From NCBI GenBank assembly GCA_038318725.1, contig JBBQCM010000012.1, positions 13,788 through 77,787 on the forward strand: a stretch of 64,000 nucleotides of DNA. Direction: 5' to 3'. The notes beneath the pieces were generated by a model, which saw only the letters and a program-made list of their open reading frames with translations, was not told the DNA's origin and searched no databases. The translations under genes and the position numbers were made by a program. Origin of the DNA: Chthoniobacterales bacterium (GTDB lineage: Bacteria > Verrucomicrobiota > Verrucomicrobiia > Chthoniobacterales > Chthoniobacteraceae). Of the stretch, positions 46,838 through 57,020 are shown one piece after another; position 1 is the first letter of the stretch; each line of letters begins with the position of its first letter.

Positions 46838-47725
46838 ATGATTTCAGAAATACAGATTGGTAACTTCAAAGCCTTCGGGCCAGTGCAGACCATTCCGCTG
46901 CGGCCGATTACGCTCGTCTTCGGCCCGAACAGTGCGGGAAAATCAAGCATCATCCATAGCCTTCTTCTCGCGCGGCACATTTACGACACAGGAAAGCCAG
47001 ACGCGCACAAAACGACACTCGGTGGAGCGGCCATGGATTTGGGTGGATTCGCGCGCTACGTCCACCAACATCAAACGGATCGGGACACCACTATTTGTCT
47101 GGCGTTCAAACGTGCGGATATCGTCGGTAAGTTCCATTTCGCGGATGATTTTGAAACATTGAAGCTCGCCTACCAGATTGGGATGAGAGACTCGGACCAC
47201 GGCCAAGATACCATCATCAAATCCGTGACCTTGTTCGTTGATAACGATGAGCTGCTCCGATTGGTATGGACAAACGACGGAATCTTCCGTTTGGACAGGG
47301 ACGCTTTTGAGGCGCGGAGTTGGTTAGCGGAGTTCCATTTAGGTAATCAAACGGAACTTCAAGGGAGCTTGACCACAGCAAGGGACATGCTGCGCGTGTC
47401 AGGAGCCGAAAAATTCGTGGAGATTGCCTGCAACGCGGGATTGTCATTAGATGGTCTTCTCGACCCGGTTACCGGCCAGCCAACTCTCAAGGGTTGTCTT
47501 GCTCTGCTACGCCGCCTCTACCGAAAAACCACCGAAGATGAAATGAAGACGGTAGTTCCGCCGGACATCGCTCGAGGATTAGCGGAAAGAGAAGAAGATT
47601 CATCAAAGACGGCTGTCATCGATGAATTCGCGAACGCGAAGTTCCGCGTGAGTAACCTCGTGCTGGCCAATCTGGACCCTCTGACTGATTCGTTTCTGAA
47701 TCCGAGACACGAATCGTTATTTTAA
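46838..47725 (+). CDS. P-loop NTPase of the AAA_15/AAA_21 (OLD / abortive-infection ATPase) type, N-terminal half only; probably truncated
   Basis: The N-terminus IQIGNFKAFGPVQTIPLRPITLVFGPNSAGKSSIIHSLLLA is the ATPase-head Walker A region of SMC-like/OLD-type ATPases. No Walker B/D-loop appears before the stop at residue 295, and a convergent gene occupies the downstream space. Local GC is ~50% against ~65% for the surrounding genome. Confidence 0.6.
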   Translation: MISEIQIGNFKAFGPVQTIPLRPITLVFGPNSAGKSSIIHSLLLARHIYDTGKPDAHKTTLGGAAMDLGGFARYVHQHQTDRDTTICLAFKRADIVGKFHFADDFETLKLAYQIGMRDSDHGQDTIIKSVTLFVDNDELLRLVWTNDGIFRLDRDAFEARSWLAEFHLGNQTELQGSLTTARDMLRVSGAEKFVEIACNAGLSLDGLLDPVTGQPTLKGCLALLRRLYRKTTEDEMKTVVPPDIARGLAEREEDSSKTAVIDEFANAKFRVSNLVLANLDPLTDSFLNPRHESLF

Positions 47726-47745
47726 CTGTCTCGCAGTTGGACCAG

Positions 47746-50700
47746 CTATGGCAGTGGCGTTACTTTCAGGCGAATGAAGCGGCTCGGTCCGGCGGGCGCA
47801 TTGTCGGTGGCTTTCACCGTCTGAGTGACGCCGTCGTCGGCGGAAATCGTCTCGCTCACCTCGCCGGGCAGCGGGTCGGCCCATGCGGTGAGGTCGCTGG
47901 TCACTTGCACGATGTAGCTCACGAAGGGCGAGTCTTTCTGCCTCGTGTAGGTGAGTGTGAGGTGCCCGCTTTCGATCCCCGTCACGCTGCCGTCGCTGCC
48001 CGTGCCGCTCGATGGATCCAAGGTCAGGGTCCACTCGAACCAATTCGTGCGGCCATCGCCGTCGGCGTCGTCATTGAGCGTGCCGATGCCAGGGTGCCGC
48101 AGCAGCCACGCACCGGGTGTGTCGCGCATCCTCACCGTCGTGTCATCGAACGCGGAGAGGGCGCCGTCGCTCGCGGTGAGGCGCAGATTATAGACGCCGG
48201 GGAGATCGAACGACACGGTCGTGGCGGAGGCGTCCGCAGGTGCGAAGCTCGCCGTGCCGGGCCCGGTCAATTGGCTCCAGGTCATCGTGAGCGGCTTGGT
48301 CGGCAGGGTGTCGTCATCGGTGGCGCCGGTGAGGGTTATGGAAGGGAGATAGCCGGTGCGGTCGGGGCCGGCGTTGACGAGTGGTGTGAGATTCGGCTCG
48401 TCCGCGCCAGGTGAGCCGCCGGTGGCGGCGCTGGCCCGCCAGTTCGCGGCGGTGCTGAAGGCGGCGGAGGAGGCTGTGGGATTGTAAATGACGAGCGTCT
48501 TTCCACCGCCGTCCGTCGCGGAATACCACGCGTCGTCGTAAGTGAAGTCCGCGATGGTCGTGGCGTCGGCGGATTTGATCACAATCTCCTCGCCATTGTT
48601 GGCGAGGTCGCCGGTGAACGGCCCGACGACATTTGCCACGCCAGGGTAGCGCGCGGCGAACGCCGCCGGATTCGCCGCGATGACCGCAAATTGCCCCGGC
48701 TGGAGCGTCAGAGCCACGTCGTTGGTGAAAGTAAAGGTCACTCCGAGCGTGAGCTCTACCCCCCCGAGATCGATCGCCGTCGCGCCGATGTTCTTCAGTT
48801 CGATGAACTCGAAGTCCGACGCAGCGAAGACCGGATTGATCGCCAGCTCGGCAACCGTTGGATCGACGGGATGATAGTTCACTTCCGTCACCGCGAGATT
48901 CGCCGCCGCTGCGGGAGTGTCGGTCGAAAAACGGGCATCGGTGAGGCCGCTCCACTTGCTCACGAGCGGCGGATTGTTTGAGCCGGTGAGCGCCGTCCAG
49001 CTCGCATTGTAAGCCCGGGCCTTCACCCGCGTCGTCGCGTCGATCGTGATCGGAGCGCTGTAGGTGAGCACGCTCCCGCCCGCCGCGCCGCCGCCGCTCG
49101 GCCGCGGATCGGAGCCATCCAGAGTGTAGCGGATCGTCGAGCCCGCCGCCGCCGTCATCGTGAGGCTCAGGCCGGGAGTAATGTTGCCGTCACTGCTGCT
49201 GAAGGCGACCGGCTTGACCCATTGCGAGTCGAAGAAGTTCGCCCGCTGTTGCAGGTAATCTTTCAGCCGCTGCACCTCGGCGGCCTGACTCGCGGCGATG
49301 GTATTGAACGGCGTAAATGGGCGTGACCATGAGCGCTTCGCATTGTGCCATCGCGAGAGGTCGCGGGCCACGCCCTCGGCAGTGAGTTGCGCGTTGAGTG
49401 TGTCGATCAGTGCGTTCACCGACGTCGGGGAAAAGGCGCCGCGCCGCAGTTCCACCCAGCGGTCGATGTAGCGCTGGTAAAAGTTCGCGTCGGTGAACAT
49501 GCGGCCCCACCACGGGTAGTTGAAAAAATCCGTCCCCAGATCGGCGGTCTGCGAGCGCCAAGTCGCGGGGTTTGAGTCGCGCCCGTCGGTCGAGGACAGC
49601 GCGCGGTCGAAGTCCCAGACCGGTCCGAAGAGCAGCTTCCCACCGCGCTCCTTGTGCAGATAGCCGCTCAGCCGCAGAGCGTCCACGTTGAAGGCCCAGA
49701 CATTCAGCAGGTGATGATCCACGGCCTCGGCGACATCCAGCCACGCCGCATAGCCGATGGCGGGGTCTTTATAGTTCACGCTATCAAGCGCAGCCTTGTA
49801 GGAGTTGATATAACTCGTGAGATATTGCTCCTGCGGGTCGCGCGGCGGCGATTTGATCTGGACCTCTTTCGGATAGTAATAAGCCAGCGCCTGCCCACCG
49901 GCGGTAAAGCCCAAATCGCCGGTATCCTGCCGGTCCACTTTGAAAATATATCCGCCCGTCTTTCTCACAACGTCGTTGTCGTAAGGGTCAAGCTTTTGAA
50001 CGTCCACGCGATCCGGCCCGCGCCGAATTTTCTCCATCACATTGTAAACTCCGAAGTAGTCGTTGGTGTTGCCGCCTGGGGCGTCGAGCGCCCCGCCGTT
50101 CGTTTCCACGAACACTTCGGCCATCCGTGTCCGCATCGCCTGCCGGCCGATACTGTTGCTCAGCGCATAGACGAACGGATTGTGGATTAACGAAGGGTCG
50201 AAGATGAAAGGAGCATGGAAGACCCAGTCCGAGCCGGCCGGCATGCCGAGCAGCGAGACGTCCTTGTCCACATCGTCACGCCCTCTCCGCGCTTCGAGGT
50301 TGAAGTTCGTCTTCGCGTTTCCCAGCGTCGAGGAGCCGCGCCGGTCCACCGCACAGCGCGTCGCGAGCGTCGGGACGACGGGCCCGCCCGCATCCATAAA
50401 GCGCGCGCGCAAATCCGCCCCCGGCTCCCATACCCACATGAACGCCGGCTGATGTCCCGCGTCTGGGACCGCCACTCCAAAGGTTGAGACGACGACGATC
50501 GGCGCCGCCGTGTTGAAGCCCGAAGTCGTCCCATTGAGCAGCAGATACCCCGCTCCTGCGGTCTCGCCTGGCAGCTTCCCAGGCTCAAAGACCCGCGCCC
50601 GCAGCAGCGTTGTCGCCGACACCGGGATCGGGATCGTGAACGTCGTCGCAGCCGACGGCGGCACCGACATCGGCACCGACCCATTCGTGGTGTAGCGGAT

Positions 50701-51309
50701 CACCGCTCCGGCGACCGGCGTCTCCTGCGTGAGAGTCACGCTCAGCGTCCCGGTAAAAGCGCGGCTGCTCAGCGAAATGAGCACTTTCCCCGAAACGCCG
50801 CTACCCGAATAGTTGTTCGCATCGCCCGGCGTGGGATTCGTGTATCTGCCGATTTGCGTGATCTGCGCCCCATCGCGCCCGTAGCTCACATTCGCCGCCA
50901 GCGGCGGATACGTCGTGAAGGTGCTCACGGTTGTTCCGACGTTGTTGACGAGCGACAGCGGCCCGCCGCCCGCCGCGTCGAGCGTGAAATTCGTGTGTAG
51001 CGGCGCGGTCAGCACCGTGCGGTTTTTGCTGTCCGCAAACACGACGAGATACTCCCCCGGCGGAATCTCCATCGTCGATGGAAACGTCCACTGCGAAGCC
51101 CCATGCACCAGTTTCCAACTCGTCAGCATCGCCTTCGTCGTGGTGCTCGCATTCCACAGCTCGATCCACGGCTGCACGGTCGCATCCTCATCCTTCAGCC
51201 CCGTCGTATTCACCGGCAAAAATTCCGAGATCCGCACATCAACCTGAGCACAGGCGCAGGAGATCGAGACAAGGAGGAAAAAGACCGCACGCAGGACGGG
51301 GGGGAGCAT
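47746..51309 (-). CDS. Secreted CotH kinase-family protein with N- and C-terminal lamin-tail domains (LTD)
   Basis: Start reset to MLPPVLRAVFFLLVSISCACAQ (signal peptide). LTD 1 is VRISEFLPVN...WIELWNAS. The CotH core is YNVMEKIRRGPDRVDVQKLDPYDNDVV...WDFDRAL. LTD 2 is LAVTEVNYHP...EFIELKNIGATAIDLGGVEL. Confidence 0.8.
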   Translation of the reverse strand: MLPPVLRAVFFLLVSISCACAQVDVRISEFLPVNTTGLKDEDATVQPWIELWNASTTTKAMLTSWKLVHGASQWTFPSTMEIPPGEYLVVFADSKNRTVLTAPLHTNFTLDAAGGGPLSLVNNVGTTVSTFTTYPPLAANVSYGRDGAQITQIGRYTNPTPGDANNYSGSGVSGKVLISLSSRAFTGTLSVTLTQETPVAGAVIRYTTNGSVPMSVPPSAATTFTIPIPVSATTLLRARVFEPGKLPGETAGAGYLLLNGTTSGFNTAAPIVVVSTFGVAVPDAGHQPAFMWVWEPGADLRARFMDAGGPVVPTLATRCAVDRRGSSTLGNAKTNFNLEARRGRDDVDKDVSLLGMPAGSDWVFHAPFIFDPSLIHNPFVYALSNSIGRQAMRTRMAEVFVETNGGALDAPGGNTNDYFGVYNVMEKIRRGPDRVDVQKLDPYDNDVVRKTGGYIFKVDRQDTGDLGFTAGGQALAYYYPKEVQIKSPPRDPQEQYLTSYINSYKAALDSVNYKDPAIGYAAWLDVAEAVDHHLLNVWAFNVDALRLSGYLHKERGGKLLFGPVWDFDRALSSTDGRDSNPATWRSQTADLGTDFFNYPWWGRMFTDANFYQRYIDRWVELRRGAFSPTSVNALIDTLNAQLTAEGVARDLSRWHNAKRSWSRPFTPFNTIAASQAAEVQRLKDYLQQRANFFDSQWVKPVAFSSSDGNITPGLSLTMTAAAGSTIRYTLDGSDPRPSGGGAAGGSVLTYSAPITIDATTRVKARAYNASWTALTGSNNPPLVSKWSGLTDARFSTDTPAAAANLAVTEVNYHPVDPTVAELAINPVFAASDFEFIELKNIGATAIDLGGVELTLGVTFTFTNDVALTLQPGQFAVIAANPAAFAARYPGVANVVGPFTGDLANNGEEIVIKSADATTIADFTYDDAWYSATDGGGKTLVIYNPTASSAAFSTAANWRASAATGGSPGADEPNLTPLVNAGPDRTGYLPSITLTGATDDDTLPTKPLTMTWSQLTGPGTASFAPADASATTVSFDLPGVYNLRLTASDGALSAFDDTTVRMRDTPGAWLLRHPGIGTLNDDADGDGRTNWFEWTLTLDPSSGTGSDGSVTGIESGHLTLTYTRQKDSPFVSYIVQVTSDLTAWADPLPGEVSETISADDGVTQTVKATDNAPAGPSRFIRLKVTPLP

Positions 51310-51400
51310 ATGCGCGACGGTAAACCCTCGGAGTGGAGCGTCAAATGATCCCTCCTTTTCTTTCGCCTTCAGCGCCGGCAATCGAAAGCGCCCGTGCTAC

Positions 51401-52771
51401 TTACTTCTTCAGCGAGACGCAGATGATTTCCCGATCGTTCCGGGCATAGACGCAGCGGTTGGCGAAAGCCGGGTGCGACCAGACGACGGGCCGGCCGGGA
51501 TCGGTATTCGTCGGATCGAGCAGATGGGCGCGGCTGATTTCCTCGTAACCTTTGGGCGAGAGCTTCGCGATGATGAGGTCGCCCTTTTCGTTGAAGAGGA
51601 AAAATCGGTCGCCGTTTTTGATCAGGAAGGCGTTGCCCCAGCGCGCTGGTTTATCGCCGGTCGTCGCCGCGAAGGTCTCCCAGACCCGCTCGCCCGTGTC
51701 GGCCTTGAGGCAGCGGAGCTGACCGTAACTGCACACACCGTAGATATAGCCGTCCTCAATGAAAGGGGTGGACATGACCGTATGAAGCGCGTCGGTGTCT
51801 TTCTCGCTGGCCTTTTTGCTCTGCCAGAGCTTCGTGGCGCCCGGCTTGTCCGAATCGAAGCGCATCATCACTGAGCCATTGTAGAACGAGGTCACGTAGA
51901 GCAAATCGCCGAATTTGCGCGGGGTGGCGATGGTCATGCCGGAGCGGGCGACACCGGGCTCGGACCAAAAAAGCGCGCCGGTTTCCGGATCGATGGAATT
52001 GAGCGACTGCGGGTGCCAGACGATGAGCTGGCGCTTGCCGCCAGCCTCGAAAATCATGGGTGGAGCATAACCCGGTTCCTGGGCACTGAGGGCACGCCAC
52101 AACTCCTTGCCGGTGTCCTTGTCGAAGGCCACGGCGACGCTGCCCTCGCCGCCCGCGAGGCAAATGAGCTTGTTTCCATCAAGCAGCGGATGTCCGGCAA
52201 AGCCCCACATCGGCGTGGGAATGCCGAAATCCTTTTTGAAATCCCGCGCCCAAATCTCCTTTCCCGTGACCGCATCCAGGCAGAGCAGATTACCCTCCGA
52301 TCCGAGCGTATAGACTTTTCCCCCGCTCACGAGTGGAGTGGTGCGTGGTCCCGCGGCGTAGCTGACCGTGTAGGGGCAATCGTATTCATGCGCCCAGAGC
52401 TGTTTACCGTCGGTTTCGTTGAAACAGAGCACGCGCTCCGTGCCAGCGATGCGTCCGCGGTCGAAGGGATTGCGCGGGTTGCTGCCGTCCTTGGCAAGCT
52501 GCCGGTCCATGACGTACACGCGCCCATCGGCGACCGCCGGGCCGGAGTAGCCGCCACCGATGGCCGCGCGCCACCGGATCGTGGGCCCGTCCGCCGGGAA
52601 TTGTTCGAGGATGCCCGTTTCGCGCCAAACGGCATCGCGCTGCGGACCGAGCCATTGCGGCCAGTCGTCCGCGCGCAGTCCCGCTGAGGTGATGGCGAGG
52701 GCGAAAAGAGCGAAGTGGATTCTCACGACGCCGAATCTTCTAAACCTCTGACGAACGATGCACCACCGCAA
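51401..52771 (-). CDS. PQQ-repeat beta-propeller protein (BamB-like fold), secreted
   Basis: It has repeated W/G-rich blade motifs (DGRVYVMD, GGKVYTLGSEGNLLCLDAVTGKEIW, DGYIYGVCSYGQLRCLKADTGERVW), a signal peptide, and sits 92 bp upstream of the CotH-LTD gene on the same strand. Confidence 0.75.
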   Translation of the reverse strand: MRWCIVRQRFRRFGVVRIHFALFALAITSAGLRADDWPQWLGPQRDAVWRETGILEQFPADGPTIRWRAAIGGGYSGPAVADGRVYVMDRQLAKDGSNPRNPFDRGRIAGTERVLCFNETDGKQLWAHEYDCPYTVSYAAGPRTTPLVSGGKVYTLGSEGNLLCLDAVTGKEIWARDFKKDFGIPTPMWGFAGHPLLDGNKLICLAGGEGSVAVAFDKDTGKELWRALSAQEPGYAPPMIFEAGGKRQLIVWHPQSLNSIDPETGALFWSEPGVARSGMTIATPRKFGDLLYVTSFYNGSVMMRFDSDKPGATKLWQSKKASEKDTDALHTVMSTPFIEDGYIYGVCSYGQLRCLKADTGERVWETFAATTGDKPARWGNAFLIKNGDRFFLFNEKGDLIIAKLSPKGYEEISRAHLLDPTNTDPGRPVVWSHPAFANRCVYARNDREIICVSLKK

Positions 52772-52839
52772 AACCGCGCCGCGTCCCGGAAAGTCCGCTC
52801 GAAAATAGGTGCTCTAAGAAATCCGCGCGTGGTACTGTA

Positions 52840-55554
52840 GTGAGCGTGATGAGACTCTCCCCGAACACGGGTTATCGTCCGCAGCGTTTGCTGCTGGCTC
52901 TCGGCTGTGCGCTCACGCTGCTCGGAGCGGGCGCGGCGCTGGCGACACCCTCGAACAAGGCGGCGCTGGAACGGCATTACGGCCGGTTTCTGGGGAAGGA
53001 GTTGAATCGCTGCACGACCTGCCATTTACCCAGCGCGGCGAAAGATCCGCAAACCCTGGATGACTTTCCCCACAATCCTTTTGGCGACCGGCTGAGAGCG
53101 CTCGGCGAAGAGTTGGGCAAGGCGGAGAAGCGCAAGGACATCTCCACGCGACTCGCGCTGGTTGCGCACGAGGACAGCGACGGGGATGGCGTGGACAATG
53201 AGACGGAACTGCTCGCCGGCGGGAATCCGGGCGATGCGAAGCTGACGCCGACCGCAGCGCAACTCGCGGAGGTGCAGAAGCGCAGCGCGGAATTCGGCAA
53301 GTTCCTCGCGTCCTACCGCTGGCAGCCTTTCGAGCGTGTGCAGCGTCCGCCCATACCCAAAGTAAAGAACGCGGACTGGGTGCGCACGCCGGTGGATGCA
53401 TTCATCGCGGCCGAGCATGAGGAGCGCGGGCTGAAGCCGAGGCCGGACGCGCCGAAAGCGATCCTGCTGCGGCGAGTGTATCTCGATTTGATCGGCCTGT
53501 CGCCGACGCCGGAGGAACAGCGCGCCTTCGAGGAAGACCAGTCGCTGGAAGCCTATGAAAAGGTCGTGGATCGACTGCTCGCGGACCCGCGCCACGGCGA
53601 GCGCTGGGGCCGGCATTGGATGGACATTTGGCGTTACAGCGATTGGGCGGGCTGGACGGATGGCAAGCAGGTGCGCGACAGCCAGCGGCACATCTGGCGC
53701 TGGCGCGATTGGATCGTGGAATCGCTCAACGCCGATCGCGGGTATGACCGGATGGTGTCTGAAATGCTCGCCGCCGATGAGCTTGCACCCAACGATCCGG
53801 GCGCATTGCGAGCCACCGGATTCCTCGTGCGGAATTACAAAATGCTGAGCCGCGAGCAGTGGATGGAGGACACGGTGAAGCACACCGCGCAGGCGTTTCT
53901 CGGGATCACCCTCGGCTGCGCGAAGTGTCACGATCATCGAACCGATCCGATCTCGCAGGCGGAATATTATCAAGTGCGCGCGATCTTCGAGCCGCACCAG
54001 GTGCGCACCGACCGCGTGCCGGGCGAACTCGATCGCGAGAAGGACGGCCTGCCGCGTGCGTATGATGTGGAAAAAGACGCGCCGACTTATTTCCTCATCC
54101 GCGGCGATGAGCGGAAGCCGGACAAAGATCGCGCAATGCAACCGGCGGTGCCACGAGCGCTCTGCGGCGACCGGCTGAAACCGGCGCTCAACATCGCGCC
54201 GGTGAAACTTCCGAGCGAGGCGGCGTCGCCGGACAAACGGGAGTTCGTCATCAAAGACACCGTGGTGGCGAGTGAGCAGGTCGTGGCGAAAGCAACCGAC
54301 GCGCTGGCGCTGGGGAAGCCGGAGCAGATGAAGGTGCGCGAAATGGAGTTGGCGATTGCCGAGGCGAAACACGCGGCGCTTTTAGCCGTGCTGCGCGCGG
54401 AGCAGATGGAAGATCAGGGAAAGAAGGACACTGAAGATGGGAAGGAGGCCGCCAGGGAGGCGGCGCGCAAACAAAGCCGGGCCGCGCTTTGCGAAGCGCG
54501 CCTTGCCGGCCACACGACGGCGCTGGCGCAAGCCGACGCGCAGCGGGTACTCGATGAACTTCCACCTCCGACCGAGCCGGAGATTGCCGATCCGCATCGG
54601 GCAAACCGCGACAAGGCGGAGGCCGCTGCCAGGAAAGCCGCCGAAGCCGCGCAAGCGCTTGCCAAAGCGGAGGAACAGGCGAAAGCGGAACCGACGACGG
54701 CCTTCAAACCCCGCCCGAAAGACGACTATCCGTCGGTCAGCACGGGCCGCCGGCTGGCCTTCGCGAAGTGGCTCACCGATGCGGACAATCCGCTGACCGC
54801 GCGCGTGGCGATGAATCACATCTGGCTCCGCCACTTCGGACGCGGCCTCGTCGCCACGCCGGAAAACCTCGGCACCAACGGCGCGCGTCCGTCGCATCCG
54901 GCATTGCTCGACTGGCTCGCGGCGGAGTTCATGGCGGACGGTTGGAAGATGAAAACGATGCACCGCATGCTGGTGACGAGCAGCACCTACCGCATGGCCT
55001 CCACGCCCGATGAAGCGGATGCGCAAGCCGACGCCGACGACATCGAACTCTGGCGCATGCCGACTCGGCGAATGGAGGCGGAACTCGTGCGCGATAATCT
55101 GCTCTATGTCTGTGGCGATCTCGATCTCGCGCCCGGCGGTCCCGACATCGATCACCTGCAGGGGCTGACTTCGAAACGGCGGAGCATTTACCTGCGCACG
55201 GCGCCGGAGAAGGAGGTCGAGTTCTTGAAAATCTTCGACGGCCCGAGCGTGAACGAATGCTACCAGCGGCACCCGACCGTCATGCCCCAGCAATCGCTGG
55301 CGCTCGCGAACAGCGAACTGACCCAGGCGCAATCGAAGCGGCTCGCGAAGCGGCTCACCGACGAAACGGCGGGCGGTGATGAGGCGTTTGTCCGTGGCGC
55401 GTTCGCGCGGGTGCTAGCCCGCACGCCCACGGCAGAGGAGGTAAAGGCGTGCCTCGAATTCCTGAAGGCGAGTGAGCCGCCCGATCCCGCGCGTTTGCGC
55501 GAGAACCTCATTTTGGTACTCTTCAATCACCACGACTTCGTCACCATTCGATAA
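52840..55554 (+). CDS. PSCyt (CxxCH) + DUF1549 (PSD1) + DUF1553 protein
   Basis: Signal peptide, then the heme motif RCTTCH near the N-terminus, followed by the long DUF1549/DUF1553 body typical of the PVC superphylum. Confidence 0.8.
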   Translation: MSVMRLSPNTGYRPQRLLLALGCALTLLGAGAALATPSNKAALERHYGRFLGKELNRCTTCHLPSAAKDPQTLDDFPHNPFGDRLRALGEELGKAEKRKDISTRLALVAHEDSDGDGVDNETELLAGGNPGDAKLTPTAAQLAEVQKRSAEFGKFLASYRWQPFERVQRPPIPKVKNADWVRTPVDAFIAAEHEERGLKPRPDAPKAILLRRVYLDLIGLSPTPEEQRAFEEDQSLEAYEKVVDRLLADPRHGERWGRHWMDIWRYSDWAGWTDGKQVRDSQRHIWRWRDWIVESLNADRGYDRMVSEMLAADELAPNDPGALRATGFLVRNYKMLSREQWMEDTVKHTAQAFLGITLGCAKCHDHRTDPISQAEYYQVRAIFEPHQVRTDRVPGELDREKDGLPRAYDVEKDAPTYFLIRGDERKPDKDRAMQPAVPRALCGDRLKPALNIAPVKLPSEAASPDKREFVIKDTVVASEQVVAKATDALALGKPEQMKVREMELAIAEAKHAALLAVLRAEQMEDQGKKDTEDGKEAAREAARKQSRAALCEARLAGHTTALAQADAQRVLDELPPPTEPEIADPHRANRDKAEAAARKAAEAAQALAKAEEQAKAEPTTAFKPRPKDDYPSVSTGRRLAFAKWLTDADNPLTARVAMNHIWLRHFGRGLVATPENLGTNGARPSHPALLDWLAAEFMADGWKMKTMHRMLVTSSTYRMASTPDEADAQADADDIELWRMPTRRMEAELVRDNLLYVCGDLDLAPGGPDIDHLQGLTSKRRSIYLRTAPEKEVEFLKIFDGPSVNECYQRHPTVMPQQSLALANSELTQAQSKRLAKRLTDETAGGDEAFVRGAFARVLARTPTAEEVKACLEFLKASEPPDPARLRENLILVLFNHHDFVTIR

Positions 55555-55556
55555 CC

Positions 55557-57020
55557 ATGCCTTCCCAGAACCAGCGCTGCGGCGGAATCACGAGACGCTC
55601 ATTCCTCGCCGACACCGGCATGGGTTTCACCGGCCTTGTGCTCGGCTCAATGCTCTTCCGCGACAGTGCGGCTGCGGCGGAGAGCGCGTGGCGGCCGCCG
55701 GATGGGCTCGCCCATTTTCCGCCGAAGGCAAAGGCGGTGATCTGGATCTTCCTGTGTGGCGGCGTGAGCCATCTCGAAAGCTTCGACGTGAAGCCCGCGC
55801 TCAATCAATACGCCGGCAAGTCGATCGAGGAGACGCCATTCAAGGAGGTCTTCGCGACGGCGGACAAAAACATCATCGGCGCGAATCCCAGCCACGGGAA
55901 CCGCAAGGTCATCATGCCCCTTCAAACCGGTTACAAACCGCATGGCCAAAGCGGGCTCGTGGTGGGCGATTGGTTTCAGAACATCGGCGCATGCGCGGAT
56001 GACCTTGCCGTCGTGCGTTCGCTGTGGACGATTCACAACGACCACGGCGCGCAGCTCACCTGGCAAACGGGCCGGCACCCGCGCGAACTGAATCACCCGA
56101 CCATCGGCGCGTGGGTCACCTACGGCCTCGGCACGCTGAATCAAAACCTCCCCGAATATGTCGTGCTCGGCGTGCCCACCGGCGACTGCTGCGGCGGCGC
56201 GTTCACCCACGGCGCGGCCTATCTCGGGCCGGAATACGCCGGCGTCCGGCTTGGGGCCGATCCGCAGAAGCCGCTCCCGTTCATCCGCCCCGCGGACGCG
56301 TCGGTCACGGCGGAAGAGCAGTTGCAAAATCTCAGCCTGCTCGGAAAGCTGAACACGCTGGCCGGCATCGATTATCCCGACGATCAGGAACTGCGCGCGC
56401 GCATCAAGTCGTACGAGCTGGCGTTTCAAATGCAGACTTCGATTCCCGAGGTGATGCAGTTGGAAAAGGAGAGCGCGGAAACCCATGCGCTCTACGGAAT
56501 CGACAAGCCGGAGACCAAGGCCTTTGGCGAGCGCTGTCTTGTCGCGCGCAAACTCGTCGAGCGCGGCGTGCGCTTCGTGCAGCTCTTCCACGGCGGCGGT
56601 GGCGGCGGCGAATGGGACGCGCACGCCGACATCAAAGCCAATCACGGAAAGCTCTCAAACCAAGTGGATCGGCCGATCGCCGGACTGCTCAAGGATCTCA
56701 AGCAGCGCGGACTGCTCGATGACACGCTCGTGGTTTTCGGCACGGAATTCGGGCGCACCCCGGGCGCGGAAGGAACAGGGCGCGATCATCATCCGCAGGG
56801 TTTCTCCGCATGGCTCGCCGGCGGCGGGATCAAAGGCGGCTTGACCCATGGAGCCACGGACGAACTCGGCTTCCACGCCGTCGAGGACCGGCACTACGTT
56901 ACGGACATCCACGCCACCGTCCTGCAACTCATGGGCCTCGATTCCATGCGCCTCGAAATCCCCGGCCGCAAACGCCTCGAGATCGACCACGGTGAGGCGA
57001 TCCGCGAGATCATTGCGTAG
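55557..57020 (+). CDS. DUF1501 (sulfatase-like) protein with Tat signal
   Basis: It has RRSFLADTGMGFTGLVLG and starts 3 nt after the DUF1553 gene, which is the canonical pairing. Confidence 0.8.
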   Translation: MPSQNQRCGGITRRSFLADTGMGFTGLVLGSMLFRDSAAAAESAWRPPDGLAHFPPKAKAVIWIFLCGGVSHLESFDVKPALNQYAGKSIEETPFKEVFATADKNIIGANPSHGNRKVIMPLQTGYKPHGQSGLVVGDWFQNIGACADDLAVVRSLWTIHNDHGAQLTWQTGRHPRELNHPTIGAWVTYGLGTLNQNLPEYVVLGVPTGDCCGGAFTHGAAYLGPEYAGVRLGADPQKPLPFIRPADASVTAEEQLQNLSLLGKLNTLAGIDYPDDQELRARIKSYELAFQMQTSIPEVMQLEKESAETHALYGIDKPETKAFGERCLVARKLVERGVRFVQLFHGGGGGGEWDAHADIKANHGKLSNQVDRPIAGLLKDLKQRGLLDDTLVVFGTEFGRTPGAEGTGRDHHPQGFSAWLAGGGIKGGLTHGATDELGFHAVEDRHYVTDIHATVLQLMGLDSMRLEIPGRKRLEIDHGEAIREIIA

